A stretch of 64,000 bases of DNA, taken from Octopus vulgaris. Its lineage: Eukaryota. The position numbers and the translations under genes are program-made. Under the pieces are notes generated by a model, which saw only the letters and a list, made by a program, of their open reading frames with translations, was not told where the DNA came from and made no database searches. The stretch is from positions 98,518,001 to 98,582,000 of the forward strand of contig OX597823.1 in NCBI GenBank assembly GCA_951406725.2, in the 5' to 3' direction. Positions 24,790-38,600 of this stretch are shown piece by piece (within the stretch, counting starts at the first letter, position 1; every line of letters begins with the position of its first letter).

Positions 24790-25315
24790 CATAACCATAA
24801 AAGCGATGTGCACCCAAGAGGGTACCCTCCATCAGGCATTTGCCATATTCTGAACGCCTTACTTCCCTGGGCATGGATACATTGAAACTCCCATGTCTGG
24901 CAGCTGGCTTGGCAGACACCCATAAAATTATTAACCATCTTACAAACAATAACTCTGAGCACCTTTTCAAACTCCACCTGTCTAACATCCGTGCACATGT
25001 TTACAAAGTCAGAAAACAGCACAGCTCCAATGACTTTCGGAAATATTTTTTCACGCTAAGTGTTACTAAAGCATGGAACAAACTGCCAGCATTAGTTGTT
25101 AGTTGTCAGAGCACTGCATCCTTCAAAACTTCCATGCTTCCTGAGATTCACCAACACTACACCTGATTTTCTCCCCTCCAGACACATGCAAGCATGTATC
25201 TGACTCATACACTGTTCACTTCCCAGACATTTGTACATTACTGCATATGCTTTATACACACTTTTGACAAGTTGTGGTGCACCTGAGCACTGTATACAAT
25301 AATTTCATTATCTTT
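24790..25315 (+). mobile_element. CR1/L2-type LINE 3' fragment
   Basis: PYSERLTSLG...RKYFFTLSVTKAWNKLP...SFKT is the typical CR1-group ORF2 C-terminus, followed by a 3' UTR ending in AATAATTTCATTAT. Confidence 0.8.
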
Positions 25316-26165
25316 ATTTAATAACAGAGCATACAGGTTACACTCAAATTGTCATTGCTTTTTAGAAAATTAAATGAGACTATAATTAAAATTTCTGGAA
25401 TATTTGTAAGTAATACTGCTGTAAATAGCAGTCAGTAAATATGACCTTAAGCTGCAGTTTTTATTACACTGGTGCAATTGGGCACTTAAAGAGTTTTAAA
25501 ATGTAATTTTCTGAAAAGCATCAACTGTATTTTGCATGACTTGTGACTAGATAAATATGACAGGCTAAACAAAATTAGAGAAATTACATGTTCTCTCTTC
25601 TAATAGTTAAACAAATAACTGTGATAAGAATAGCAACATTCTGTTAATTAGATTAATATAGGTTCATTTTTGAGAATATATAGGCAAAGATGTAATTGTT
25701 TATAATAATAATAAATCTGAGTTATGGTAGTTTTTCTATCAGGGATTATAAATAAGAAGAAAAAAAAATGATTTAAAATAAAATGAAAAAAACACAACAA
25801 AGGAAAAGATCATTTGATTGTATCTAATTTTGAAATAACTTGTTCATTGCTAAGTAATGAAATTCACCAGTTCTTTATTTGTGTTTCTCTTTCTTTTTAT
25901 TTTTGTATATTGTGCTGATACAATAAACCCTGGAAAACAAACATTGTAGTTAGTCATAAGTTTACAATCAAAAGCTTTAAGCAAATTGTGGTTCATGATG
26001 ATCTGTGTTCGATTTGATCTCGTTTAACTTTTGTTCTCATAGTTTTAATGAAAGAAGGAATGCCTTTGACAACTTATATTTAACTGTTGAAGGAAGTTAA
26101 ATTTTTCTTATTGCTTTATAAGACAAGATCAACCTGTAATCTGGAGTTTTATTTTGCATAATATA

Positions 26166-26381
26166 TGAGGGGGTGCTAAAAAGTTACTGGTTTTAAGGGT
26201 ATCATGAAAGGCCTGGTTGGAGGCCCAACCTACCAAGTTCTTTTGCAGGGCATAGAAGCCTGCAGGACTGCTGCAATAAGTGTGTGAATCTGAGAGGAGA
26301 ATATGCTGAATAAAATCATAATTAACTGATCCTCCTGTGTTTTCTTTTACCCAAAGTTAGGACCTTTTCAGCTCACCCTCG
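26166..26381. mobile_element. mariner-type MITE
   Basis: TA|TGAGGGGGTGCTAAAAAGTT ... ACCTTTTCAGCTCACCCTCG|TA: imperfect TIRs and TA target duplication. Confidence 0.65.
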
Positions 26382-27984
26382 TAAGATTGTTAATTTCTCT
26401 GTGAAGTCAAGGGTTACTTTACCCCACCTGTCCGGTAATATTCATATATTCTGATTAAACATGTAATCTTAATAATTGTGCAGGTGTGGATCTCCAATAT
26501 CAATAAAGAAAATCAAGGGAGGATTAAGTCTTTATCTAAAGCAGAATTTAATAAGAAATTTAATAATTGTGACTGTATTTCTAAAATAACGAATATCTAT
26601 CACTATCCTATCTATTAACTGCTTCCTGTCAATTTTAAGTATCTTTTGTAAAAATCTATTTCATTCTTTGTCAACGTGGTAATTATAACTTGGATCCAAT
26701 AGTACACAGCCTGAAGTGTTTATCTGAAATAAATCACACTGAATAATCCTTCACAACAATAAATCAATAAATGTTTCTTGTTCACTCAATAGGATAATTT
26801 ATAATTTATGTAAGGATATCATTATATGGAGAGTGCTAGAGGAGAGCTACACATTCAGTGTAGCACTTTCCTGACATGCAATATATTCTCCTGTAAAGTA
26901 GTAATTAGTAATTCTAGTTACACTTCCTTTTTCAGCATATCAAGGAAAGGGTGTTTTATTTGCAGTGAGAAGCTACACTAAGACATTCATTTCATGAGGC
27001 TTAATACGTTTGTTTTCTTGATTTCAATCTTTGATCTTTGGATTTTTCTTTAAGAAAATGGAATAAATATAAGATTAAACTTTTCACTTTATTTTAAACA
27101 CAAATACTGTATGTTTTTCTTAATAGGAAATTTAGGCCTGAAATATCTTTTGTGGGTTACATTTAAAGTCACATTAGAAATTTTAATTTTGTAAACAGTC
27201 CCATTGTTATAAAATACAACTCTAAATATGCATGTATGAATGTGTGTGCATGCGTACATATGCATGCATGTATGTATGTAAAACACAATGTTGCATAAGA
27301 CAGACCAGTATATTAGAGGAATATAATGGTATAACAGTTGATTACTTGAAGCTATGAATTTATACTCGTCCAAACGTAATTAGCTAAAATGATTTATTCA
27401 TTGCAAAGTTTAATTTTGGTTGTCTGCCTTAGTCTCTGTCTTATTTAAAACTAAATATTACTCTACTCTCACAATTGAGAAGATAGTTATAGTTGTAACA
27501 TCTGACTGTCATAACAGTTCAAATTCTAGAGTTATTAAACACACAATATCAGAGGGAATAATAATCAAACACATTCAAATATTTGTTAACTTATTTCTAT
27601 TGAAAACACACTGACTTTGCTTCGTTTAACTTCTGAAAATGATGGAGAATTTAGTGAAATAGCTGCCATGGAAGGAGGTTTTATTTTAGATTACTTTAAA
27701 AGATGTAAATTTGCATAATGGAACCAGGGGTGTTTCAGGTGTACTGGTATCAAAGCATGACAGAATATGAAATTCCCAGAGAAATGAAAAGTTACCTGAG
27801 TTGTACCCATTTTGCTTCACACACATTTGTTAGTGAAGGTCAGTGAAGAAACGTATATCACAACTTGTCTCCCCACTTCCAGGAGACTTAATCACCCATT
27901 AATGAAGGTCTCTCTTGACTGAAGGTTATGCCATTAAATCTGTTGTACCTATACTGAATAAATATATCATTTTAAAATTAACAA

Positions 27985-28251
27985 CGTCACCTTACTGGCA
28001 CCTGTGCAGGTGGCATGTTTAAAAAGATTCGAGCAAGGTCGTTGCCAGTACTGCCTGACTGGCCCCATGCTGGTGGCACATAAAAGCACCCACTACACTC
28101 TCGAAGTGGTTGGCATTAGGAAGGGCATCCAGCTATAGAAACTCTGCCAGATCAAGATTGGAGCTTGGTGCAGCCATCTGGTTCACCAGTCCTCAGTCAA
28201 ATCGTCCATGCTAGCATGGAAAACGGATGTTAAACGATGATGATGATGATG
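27985..28251 (+). mobile_element. RTE-type LINE 3' end
   Basis: Same 3' UTR motifs and (GAT)n tail as 21400-21862. Confidence 0.8.
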
Positions 28252-29611
28252 AACATCTGAGTATTGCTTTTTACTTAGCATTTCAAGTAATGTTATTGTA
28301 GTGAAATTTACAATAAATATTTACTCTACAATACATATGGAGTGCTACTTGCAAGCACAAACTAATGCATGCATGTATTTTAACTATCTATCCATCTTTC
28401 TGTCTATCAGTCGATCTATCTATCCATATATATGTACATATCTTTATATTTCCCACCTCAGATTTTCTGTTGAATAGCAAGATTATATTCTAACATATGG
28501 ATATACTTCAGTGTAGCTGAATTTTGCTCTTCACTAAGCAATGACATATATTGACAGAAAACAATCAATGATCCGTAGCTTGCTGGTCAGAATAAACTGT
28601 CCAACCGTGCAAAGTTTTGTGATCGGAATTGAATCGAGAGAAAAAAAATTTAGTGCATTGAACATGTTAGATCTTGATCTTAAAGCATTTTTACTTTATC
28701 CCAACAGATCATTATCATATAGCCAGGGCCGTCGCATGACTTTTAGAGGCCCCCTGCAACTTTCTCTTTTGAGGTCACATCTCTTCAATCAAAATTCATA
28801 ATCTACCCACCTTTTGTTCATAGCTATATCTTATTTTATTCTATCTGAAGTTCAATATTTCACATTATTCTAAAGAACATCTTTAAAAGTACAAGTTAAA
28901 TTTATTTCGGGCTGGAACTATCATATTATTTCGTGTTTAGGAAGGCCAACATTTAATATTCGATGGACTTACAAATATCAGAAGACAAGCATTTCAAAAT
29001 AGAAACTGAAGTAGAGTTATCTCAGCTTTCGTATAAGTAGTTTATTCAAGAACATTAAAATACAAAAAATTTTCAGTCCAAAATAAAAGCAATATATTTC
29101 AAATTATATATTTTTGAAAAATAGATGGAAATGTTCTCAAAGACTTGATAACAATTGAAAAAGCCTTTTTTTAATTCTATATTTATTTCACTGTTAGCTG
29201 TTGCAATATTTCGATTGAATAGACAATTTCACAATTCAAATCGTAACGTAAAAATACCAAAGATGCAAAATATGAAGAATTTCTTACCTTTCGCTAAAAT
29301 CACAAATTCAAGGAGAAAATCGTAACTTGCAAAATAAAATATCTCAATCACTAACTAGTTATCATTGAAGAATGCTTGGTGACAGTGAGCAAACAATATC
29401 TGTAAATGTACCTATATATGTACATAGATAGATACACACAGAAAAACTTTTGTGTGTGTGTGTGCGTGCATGCACACATGTGCTTTGGTTTTTTTGTACA
29501 GAATTTTGTCTCCAGTTTTTATTGCCTTAGGAGGTCAAAGGCCGCTGTTCTGGGTACAAAGTGACCAGCTTTCCAATGTCAAATAACAACACCATACATA
29601 TATATATATGT

Positions 29612-29935
29612 AAAGAAGGAGCACTCCGTTGGTTATGATGATGAGGGCCCCAGCTGATATGATCAATGGAACAGCTTGCTCGTGAAATTAACATGCAAGT
29701 GGCTGAGCATTCCACAGACACGTGTACCCTTAGCGTAGTTCTCAGGGAGATTCAGCATGACACAGAGTGTGACAAGGCTGGCCCTTTGAAATACAAGTAC
29801 TATTCATTTTTGCCAGATGAGTGGACTGGAGTAATGTGAAATAAAGTGTCTTGCTCAAGTGTCTTGCTGAGAATTGAACTCACAATCTTAAGATCATGTG
29901 CCAAATGCCCTAACCACTAAGCCATGCGTCCTCAC
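29612..29935 (-). mobile_element. tRNA-derived CORE-like SINE (third family)
   Basis: Minus strand: GCATGGCTTAGTGGTTAGGG (A box), GTGAGTTCAATTC (B box), CTTGAGCAAGACACTTT (CORE-like). Confidence 0.75.
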
Positions 29936-29951
29936 ATGCACACGCACACAC

Positions 29952-29991
<40 letters not shown>

Positions 29992-30020
29992 ATATCAAGC
30001 CAAATCAATATATATATCAA

Positions 30021-30587
30021 ATCAAGCCAAATCAAAATAGATGAACATCAATGGAATTTGTATCCTTGTGGTACCAGTGCTGGTGCACATAAGAAAACTA
30101 TCCGAACGTGACCGTAGCCAGTACCGCATCGACTGGCCTCCATGCTGAGGGCACGTAACAAACACCATCCAAGCGTGGCCCTTCGCCAGCCTCGTCTGGC
30201 ACCTGTGTCGGTGACACATAAGAAAACACCATCCGAGCGTGGCCGTCTGCCAGCCTCGTCTGGCACCTGTGTCGGTGACACATAAGAAAACACCATCTGA
30301 GCGTGGCCGTCTGCCAGCCTCGTCTGGCACCTGTGTCGGTGGCACATAAAAAACACCATCCGAGCGTGGCCGTCTGCCAGCCTCGTCTGGCACCTGTGTC
30401 GGTGGCACATAAAATCACCCACTACACTCTCGGAGTGGTTGGCGTTAGGAAGGGCATCCAGCTGTAGAAACACTGCCAGATCTGACTGGCCTGCTGCAGC
30501 CTTCGGGCTTGCCAGACCCCAGTTGAACCGTCCAACCCATGCTAGCATGGAAAGCGGACGTTAAATGATGATGATGATGATGATGAT
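30021..30587 (+). mobile_element. RTE-type 3' UTR with an expanded minisatellite of about 62 bp
   Basis: ACACCATCCGAGCGTGGCCGTCTGCCAGCCTCGTCTGGCACCTGTGTCGGTG(A/G)CACATAA occurs about 4 times, then the standard 3' end and (GAT)n. Confidence 0.85.
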
Positions 30588-30701
30588 ATATATATATAAG
30601 GCAAGGAAGAAAATGGAGAAAAGATTCAATTGACAAACATCAGTAAGAGTTATTTACTATAATTATAGGAATAAGTAAATAATAAAAAAAAATAAAACTC
30701 C

Positions 30702-30787
30702 ACTCTTACAACTGTTTCTGCTTCAGGGATCCAGTATGCTACAGTTAACATATACAAAAATTGAACTCCAAAACTTCATCAGAGAGT
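30702..30787 (-). ncRNA. Type I hammerhead ribozyme motif
   Basis: Minus strand ACTCT-CTGATGA-(long, imperfect stem II)-GAAAC-AGTT-GTA-AGAGT: perfect 5-bp stem I, canonical core, near-palindromic stem III. Confidence 0.6.
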
Positions 30788-30969
30788 CAGTATGTCCATA
30801 AGGGTAAGGATACAAGGTAAAAAGTAAAAAAAAAGTTTAAAAAATAATGCCCAGGGGTGTATTAAGAAGTTGTGAGATCACATCTTATTGAAGTTTGATG
30901 GAGGAGATAATAAAGATAAACGTTATAGGGTGGGGTAGATGGGATGAATTATATATATATAATGGGATG

Positions 30970-31005
<36 letters not shown>

Positions 31006-31014
<9 letters not shown>

Positions 31015-31148
31015 ACCACCTTTTATCAATTCAAAATGAACAATTAAATTACACCATCTAGAAAATTACATATAATAGAAATATTAAATATAAAATAACA
31101 ATAATATATTGATGATTAAGTAAATTGATAAAAGGTGGTTTTTCTAAT
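31006..31148. repeat. Perfect 26-bp inverted repeat between (TA)n tracts
   Basis: ATTAGAAAAACCACCTTTTATCAATT at 31006-31031 and its reverse complement at 31123-31148. Confidence 0.85.
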
Positions 31149-31238
31149 TTTTATATATATATATATATATATAAAATTTCTGAAATTTGATTTAGTATTT
31201 CTAAATTGAATTTTTCTCTGTAAGTTAGGAATTATTAT

Positions 31239-31282
<44 letters not shown>

Positions 31283-32214
31283 CCACACACACACAGAAAG
31301 AGAGACAGACAGAGAGACTAAGAGATTTATGTGTGTTTGGTCTATCTTTCTGTCTGTCAGTCAATCAATCAATCAATCAATCTGAGCTGGCCAAAGCTTT
31401 GTGAATAGATTTGGTAGACAGATACAGAAAAAAGCCAATTGTATGTGTGTGTGTGTGTGTGCATGCGCGCACGTGTGTGTGTGTGTGTGTGTGCATGCGC
31501 GCGCGTGTGTGTGTGCATGCGCGCGCGTGTGTGTGTGCATGCGCGCGCGTGTGTGTGTGCATGTGTGTATGTATGCCTGTGGGTGTATGTACGTATAAGT
31601 ATACACCCCCATCTTTCATCACCATTACTTCTTTTTCTATTTTCTTTTGAAGTTGTTCTTATTTTCATTGTTCGAATTTCTTTTGTTTTTCTTTTATCTC
31701 CTTAAGGAATTCATTGACATACTTTTTTTCATTTAATTTTTTCCGTTTCTTTTAAATTTATTTACGTACACCCTCGTATTTTTTTCCGTGTCTGGATTGA
31801 AATTTTCAGTTTACATTTTAACCAAAGTAAATAGCCTTGCGAATGGATTTGGTAGATAGAAACAGAAAAAAGCCAGTCGTATATGTGTGTATGTATGTAT
31901 GTATGTATGTGTGTGTGTGTGTGTATGCGTATATATGTATGTATGTATGTGTGTACATATGATCTTAACATGTGACCCTTCAACTGCAGAGGCGCCCTGC
32001 AACCACAAGGGTTGTAGGGGCTTAGTGACAACCCTATTGTTTTATGATTTTAATAAGGGTGTAATATTGAACCAGGGCTTCAGACATATCTCAGTAACTA
32101 ATGATGGAGGTGGTGGTGATATAATTTCATGGGGAGTAAGGGATCATTGTATGTTTCTTGTTTTTTTTTATTTGTAATGGTTTACATGATTCTTGGAAAT
32201 TATCAGCAAATCTT

Positions 32215-32497
32215 TTACTCACTCGAATCTTTTACACATGCCACTGGCACAGGCGCCAGTAAGGCGATGCTGGTAACGATCACGCTCGAACGGTGTCTTT
32301 TACATGCTACCAGCACAGAGGCCAGATAGCCGCTCTGGCAACGATCACGCTCAGATGATGCTCTAAATACCCTACTAGCACAGGGCTCGAGTGCCAGTAA
32401 GGCGACGCTGGTAACGATCACGCTCGAATGGTGCCTTTTAAGTACCACTGGCACGGAAGCTGGTTAGCCGCTCTGTCAATGATCACACTCGTATGGT
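32215..32497 (-). mobile_element. Minisatellite-like 3' UTR fragment of an RTE-related element
   Basis: Repeated GCTGGTAACGATCACGCTCGAA...CTGGCAC units related to the reverse complement of the 27985 and 30021 repeats. Confidence 0.55.
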
Positions 32498-34709
32498 TTC
32501 ATTTCACCAATTTCTATTGTGGTAAATTTTTTTTATGATATTCTGAGAAATATTTCAAATGAATTGCAAAAATTGCTTCAGGTTTTAAGTCAGGAACTTT
32601 CTCTTCATGTGCCATCCTTGTAGGTGTTGATGTATTGATGATCATGGATTTCCATGCCAAAGTCTGAAGACTCATAGTATTTCTTGGGGAAGATACAGCA
32701 GTAGTTTCCAATTGCCCTCTGCTGGTTTATTTACCATTTCCATTGCTTCTGCTCTTATCCTTGAGGTACAGGGCTTATGTAACTTTAGGCAGCAGGACTG
32801 GTTTATTTAACCGATGGGCCAGTTCTCCAAATCCTATACTTACCTACTGGACTATCTTCTACTATTTGACCTATAACTGGGGATCCTTGACAGTACTACC
32901 ACTCTGGACCTGAGCATACCTGGGAGTAGTGTGACTAAGGAGTAATCCGCACTCTGCAAAACTCTTGATTTCCTTAACTGAAGCCACATCATTGGAAGCA
33001 GTTTAATGTCTTGTTTAAGAGTTGTGTGGAACATTGAGAATTAAAGAATGTTTTTAAATACTGCTTTTGGGACAGGTGCAGCAGTCTAGTTACCTGTTAG
33101 CTATTTTAAATGCATTACTGTTTGGCTAAACAGTATTTAAAGCTAATAATTTTCAGAAAGTCTTTTTGTCTATTGTTTAACTGTATTTAAATTTTATAAG
33201 AATATGAATAAATGGCTGGTGATATTGTGGAATAGAATTCAAACTAAACAATCTTGGTTTTTAAAGTGAAAAGAAAATTACAGTTGTATGATGGGATAGG
33301 GCCCATTGTCACGATAATGACAAATTTAATTATCAAATTAATTACATTAGAGGAAATGAAATACCTTGTATTTCCCAAATAATTTAATTCCTGTGATAAA
33401 GACATGTAATTAAGCTGTTGCACCTTAATTGCATTTATCATTATCTTGGAGCAACTAAAAAATATTTTGAATCTATTAACCTAAAGGTTAATGGATTCTT
33501 TTAGACTCTGTATCTTTTCTTAGTTGACTGCACCCTGTCTAATCACTGACTAATCAAGCTACCAGTTGACTTTGTTAACCTTTTATGCCTGGAGTAAATT
33601 AGTAATAGTACAACTATTGCTACGTTGAGATGCATGACTTCAATCAATTTTATAAGTAGTTGATTAGTTATTCAGCATTCCACTTCCTTTATTAAATCGC
33701 TTGAGAAACTGAACATGTTTCCAACAATTAAGAAAGATTTTACACATGTTATTGACATTTAACATGTAAATACATCTCACAAATAATAGAAGAAACTAGA
33801 TTTCCTAAAATATTATTAAAGCCACAAAGTTTAGACAGAATGAATTTGTTATTGTTGATAAATGTTTGTTTTCATTAACGTAGCATCAATTACAGAAACA
33901 AGTTCTATTACAGCTGGTATTTGGAAATTTCCCTTTCTTTGCACTACTGTCTAGCAAAATCATGTTGAAACATCATAGCAATATATCTAATCACTGATTC
34001 ACCAATTCGATCATAGATGTGTTCTCATTGTTAAAGATTTGCTTGTTGGAGGAAAGATTTGCACTGATGCAAATCAAGCCATGTGCATGATTATTTTGCT
34101 GTATTGATTGGTCAGTCTTCAGTCATATGTAATTCCTGTTTTGTTTATTAGAACTTTTCTCTTGTGATAAAGGCAAAAGCCTTTACAGCAGGAGATTCTT
34201 TTTAAATGCTAAGGAAAGTAATTTATCTAAAGATATATTTTTTCTTATTATACTACAACTCCACATCACTAAACACCAAAGATATGCGTAAACCTAAATT
34301 TCTACAAGAGTTAACATGCTTTTTACTTAGTCTTTTATTTTGTGGTGCTTTACTGAAGTAAGAGGGAACAGGTATGCATAGGATAACAACAAAGAAGGAA
34401 ATGAGAGGGGTTTAGGTTTCTAACTATATTTTAGCACCTACCACCACTCCTAGGTTGAAGGCATTGGCATGATTTATGGGTAATATGGATCAATTTCAGC
34501 AGTAATGAGGAAAGCAAAAGAATATGTTCAGAAGGAATTAAAGATTATATACCACTGAATCTCTATTAGATCTTTGAATATCTCAGAAATATATTTTTAT
34601 ATATTGGTTTTTGATGCATGAGCAATACTCACTGCTTTAATCTAAAATTTTTTAAAGGGTTATAAGATAGTAGAAGTTGAAATAATGTTCTGAATTAGAA
34701 ACAGATAAT

Positions 34710-34936
34710 TTAGCTCTTTTGTTACCAACCTGGCTGAAGCCAGTTCTGGCTTTGTAGTACAAATGTCTTGTTTTCATAAGTTTTGAATCAAAATCTTCCA
34801 CCAAACCTTAGTTGCAATTTATGTTCCTAACACTAGCTTAATGATAACTAATGTTTTACTAAATTCTTTGTTATATTTAAAATAGTTGAAAGAAACACAG
34901 AGCATCTCAAAATAAATATGGTAATGAAAGGGTTAA
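34710..34936. mobile_element. piggyBac-like MITE
   Basis: Right end GGTAATGAAAGGG|TTAA; degenerate left end TTAGCTCTTTTGTTACC. Confidence 0.45.
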
Positions 34937-35142
34937 GTTCTGCAACATGTTAACATAATTTAATGAACATATTTTAAAAGATCAAAAATATGTTAGTGTA
35001 ATTCACGGAGAAAAACAAAGTGTCAGTACAGTAATATTGTTAGTGAGTATAATACCTTAACCTGGGGTTCCTGAATCGGGGTTTGATTACCTCTGGGAGT
35101 ATGTGAAAGAAATTATGAGGATATGAGAGGTTTGTAAATATA

Positions 35143-35145
<3 letters not shown>

Positions 35146-35175
<30 letters not shown>

Positions 35176-35483
35176 AATTATTGTATACAGTGCTCAGGTG
35201 CACCACAACTTGTCAAAAGTGTGTATAAAGCATATGCAGTAATGTACAAATGTCTGGGAAGTGAACAGTGTATGAGTCAGATACATGCTTGTGTGTGTAT
35301 GGAGGGGAGAAAATCAGGTGTAGTGTTGGCGAATCTCAGGAAGCATGGAAGTTTTGAAGGATGCAGTGCTCCGACAAATAACAACTAATGCTGGCAGTTT
35401 GTTCCATGCTTCAGCAAATCTTAGTGTGAAAAAATGTTTCCGAAAGTTATGGGAGCTGTGCTGTTTTCTGACTTTGTAAACAT
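35146..35483 (-). mobile_element. CR1/L2-type LINE 3' fragment (same family as 24790)
   Basis: VYKVRKQHSSHNFRKHFFTLRFAEAWNKLP...SFKTSMLPEIRQHYT, the 3' UTR and an (ATT)n tail. Confidence 0.85.
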
Positions 35484-37232
35484 AATGGAATTTTGAAGTA
35501 ATCACAACCAGTTAAACATAACTTGTATCTAGAAAACGTATGGCCTGTCTTTAGCTGTTGCCATTCACTTGGCATTGTGAACAAGTGTTTTCAGCAATGT
35601 TTATAACCAAAAACTAATTTCATGCAAGAATGTTGATTGAGAATGTTATATGTGCTGAGAATGAAGTTATTTGTTAGAAAGAGCCAAACTAATTCATCTC
35701 TTTCAAAATGTAATATTAAATTAACTCAGACTGATTTCTTACATAGGCACAAGTTCTGACATCTTGGGAGAGGAAACATTTAATTATATTGGTTCCAGTA
35801 TTTCACTGGTACCCTGGAAGGATGAAAGGCAAAGTTGACTACTGTGGGAGTTGAACTCTTTAAATTAAATTGAATTAATAAAGCATGTGGAATCCAACCA
35901 TTTTACATTATATTCTTCACATGGGGTATGCCAACACTGCTAAAAATGATCAAGGGGTATGCTGCCAGAAAAATTTGCCTAAGGTAAACTTGAACTAAGT
36001 AAAATTTTTATAATAGATATAATAGTCTTGAAATTTTGTATTTTCAACCTTTAACTGAGATCAGTCAAACTCTTGCATTGTGTTTGATAGAGGAATATTT
36101 GGTGTCACATCATCTAGGCAAGTATATTATTGTCGCAGGAATAAATTCTGGACCTAAAAGCCACATGAGTCTTTATAGGCATTTGCATTCACAGCCTTTT
36201 AGTTTGAGGTATAGCAAAATATATATTCACTTGACCACAGAGTTATTTTAATGTTGCAATGGCAGACTATATTATGATTATTGTCTGTGTCAAACAAGCT
36301 ACTTTTCTGTGTTGATCTTATTTTACCATGATTGTTGACTATTTTGGTTTGGTAAGAGAGTAGACAAGAATTTCTACATGACAACTGTTTGAGAGTAAGC
36401 CATATTAGTTCTAAATAGATTCTGTTTAATACAAGGTTAATGAATTTGCTGCAGATAAGGTTTACTTTTCTGGTTTAACATATTTATTTTTTCCAAGTGA
36501 ATGGCAATTGGTCACACTATTGAAAACAAATTTTTAATATAATAGTTAAATCGGGAAATTTTCCTGTCTTGATAAGGAAATAGTTTGAGATATTCAAGTA
36601 GCAAAGCTTATTGAAAAATGTGATTTGAAAAAAAAAAAAAGCATGACATTAATAGAACACACAAGAATTTCATTAAAAGTAATGAACATTACTTTACCGG
36701 TTAGTCTCATGTAAAGCTTTGTGAGAGCCTCTACATAGTTATTTGGCATGCTAAAAATAGTAACCAAATCTTCTAATGTAATCTTCAATGCATTATACCT
36801 GGAAAAAACACAGTTATGGTGGTGAGGCATTTGATTACACAAGTCAACAAATAGTATTTATCAGAGATGATTTTTTTTAAAGATATATTTAAAGTAGTTT
36901 TTGAAATTGCTTTTGGTTTTCCCTTGGAAGTGTATATTTTGAGATACAGTCATTTTTTCCTTCATTGTCTAATTCTCTACATACAAGAAAATTTGAGCTA
37001 TCATGTGAAGGACTTTGAAATACCAAAGGTAGAGCTTCTCATCTTTTACCTGAAATGAAGTCGCTTGAAGAAAACATAACAGTGAGTTAATGTAGAAAAG
37101 TGGAATTTTAATTAAACTTTTATTTGGAAGTGGAAGGTGTTTTTATAAGGCATGCAAGTGATGATCTTTTATAGAGTCATCTTTACAAAGTTTAAAAGCT
37201 GTTATGTTAATAAGGAGATTCTTCATAATATG

Positions 37233-37385
37233 ACTTAAATTCCTCTGTTATGGCCTGAAGGACTATGATAAACAAGAAGAGGCTGAGAACTGATCCTTGG
37301 TGAACTCCTGCCAGTACACTAAATTCATTGCTGATTTCCACCTTACTAACAGCATCCCTGTACATGGTTTGTACACTGTACAATG
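37233..37385 (-). pseudogene. RTE reverse-transcriptase fragment
   Basis: MYRDAVSKV...GVHQGSVLSLFLFIIVLQAITEEFK. Confidence 0.7.
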
Positions 37386-38302
37386 TACATTTCTCACCAA
37401 CCACCCCACAGCATCATCATTTTTATGTTCACCTTCCCCACTAGCATGGATTGGATGGTTTGACCGCTTTAGTATGAAGGAGTAGTTTAGTAGCCAAGGC
37501 TTGGCTAGTGCCAAATTACTAGCAAATGTTATACAACCATTTAAAATTAAAAGATATTTAAGTTGGTTTCTTAGAAATTCCCATGTGAGCAGTTATGTTT
37601 TAAGCTTTCTAGTGAAATTAGTTTATTTTTCTTCTCTTTTTTTTTTTTAACTGTTTTTACTTTCTAACAAAAGAGAAAATAGATAAAATACTCTTAGAAG
37701 CAGTTTGCAGTAATTTTCAATGCCATTATGAAAACAATTCTATAATCCTTTTTTCCTTAGAATTACACTTTGCTACAACTTGTTGTTGCTGTATGACTAC
37801 GAAATTATCACTACGACTTCACCACCAGCCCATCATTGCTGCCAGCACAACAACCTTTTTGAAATTGAAGATTTAGAAATATTCTTCTAGCACTCTATTT
37901 CCAAATAAGCCTTTCGGTTTCATTTGATTCTTAAGCTGCTTATTGCTAACATTGATATAGCAGCTAATGCTAACAACTCCTCAGGACATGAATAAATCTC
38001 AATCCACTCTAATCTTATTCTATCTCAGTTCTGTTAACGGTTTGTTCTTTTAATTCTGATGGTTTTCTTTTCTGTACTCTGTCCATTATATTGTCATATG
38101 TCATATGAAATTCATCATTTACCTTCCATTACCTGAAGGCCTGTTTCAGTGTTTGGCCAGTTATTGAAGATGTCTGAATAGAATCCAAAGAGAAATATTG
38201 AATTTGTTGGGTGGGCGAGCATGGGGAATATATGGAGGAAATCTTAAGTTTGCTATATTTCAATTTGTACAATATTTACTGATGTGTGTGTGTACAGGGG
38301 GG

Positions 38303-38600
38303 GGGTCTGCTCCCACTGTGTGGCACCTTAGAGAAATGTCTTCTACTATAGCCCTGGGCTAACTATAAAGCCTTGTGTGTGAAGACGAGCTGTTTAGAGG
38401 TGTGTGTGTGTGTGTGTGTGTGTTTGTCTCATACCATTTGACAACCAGTGTTGGTTTGTGTATGTTTCTGTAACTTAGTGGTTCAATCAAAAGATACTGA
38501 TAGAATATATACCAGATTTGAAATAATATTGGTGTTCAGCTGATTGACTAAACTTTTTAAGGATGTACTCCAGCATGGCTGCAGTTCTTCAACTAAAAGA
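38303..38600 (+). mobile_element. Degenerate CORE-type SINE
   Basis: CCCACTGTGTGGCACCTT...CTTCTACTATAGCC...TTGACAACCAGTGTTGG...CTCCAGCATGGCTGCAG. Confidence 0.65.

Noticed and set aside
28724-29550. Possible hAT element starting CAGGGCCGTCGC
   Set aside because: No matching right TIR or 8-bp TSD was found.
29880-29935. tRNA gene
   Set aside because: A and B boxes are present but continue into a SINE body with no complete cloverleaf. The same applies to the other SINE heads.
30090-30415. CRISPR-like regular repeats
   Set aside because: The units are contiguous with no unique spacers, there are no cas genes, and the context is a eukaryotic LINE UTR.
31440-31565. (GT)n-GCATGCGCGC repeats with Z-DNA potential
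   Set aside because: Ordinary expansion of a SINE-associated microsatellite, with no evidence of function.
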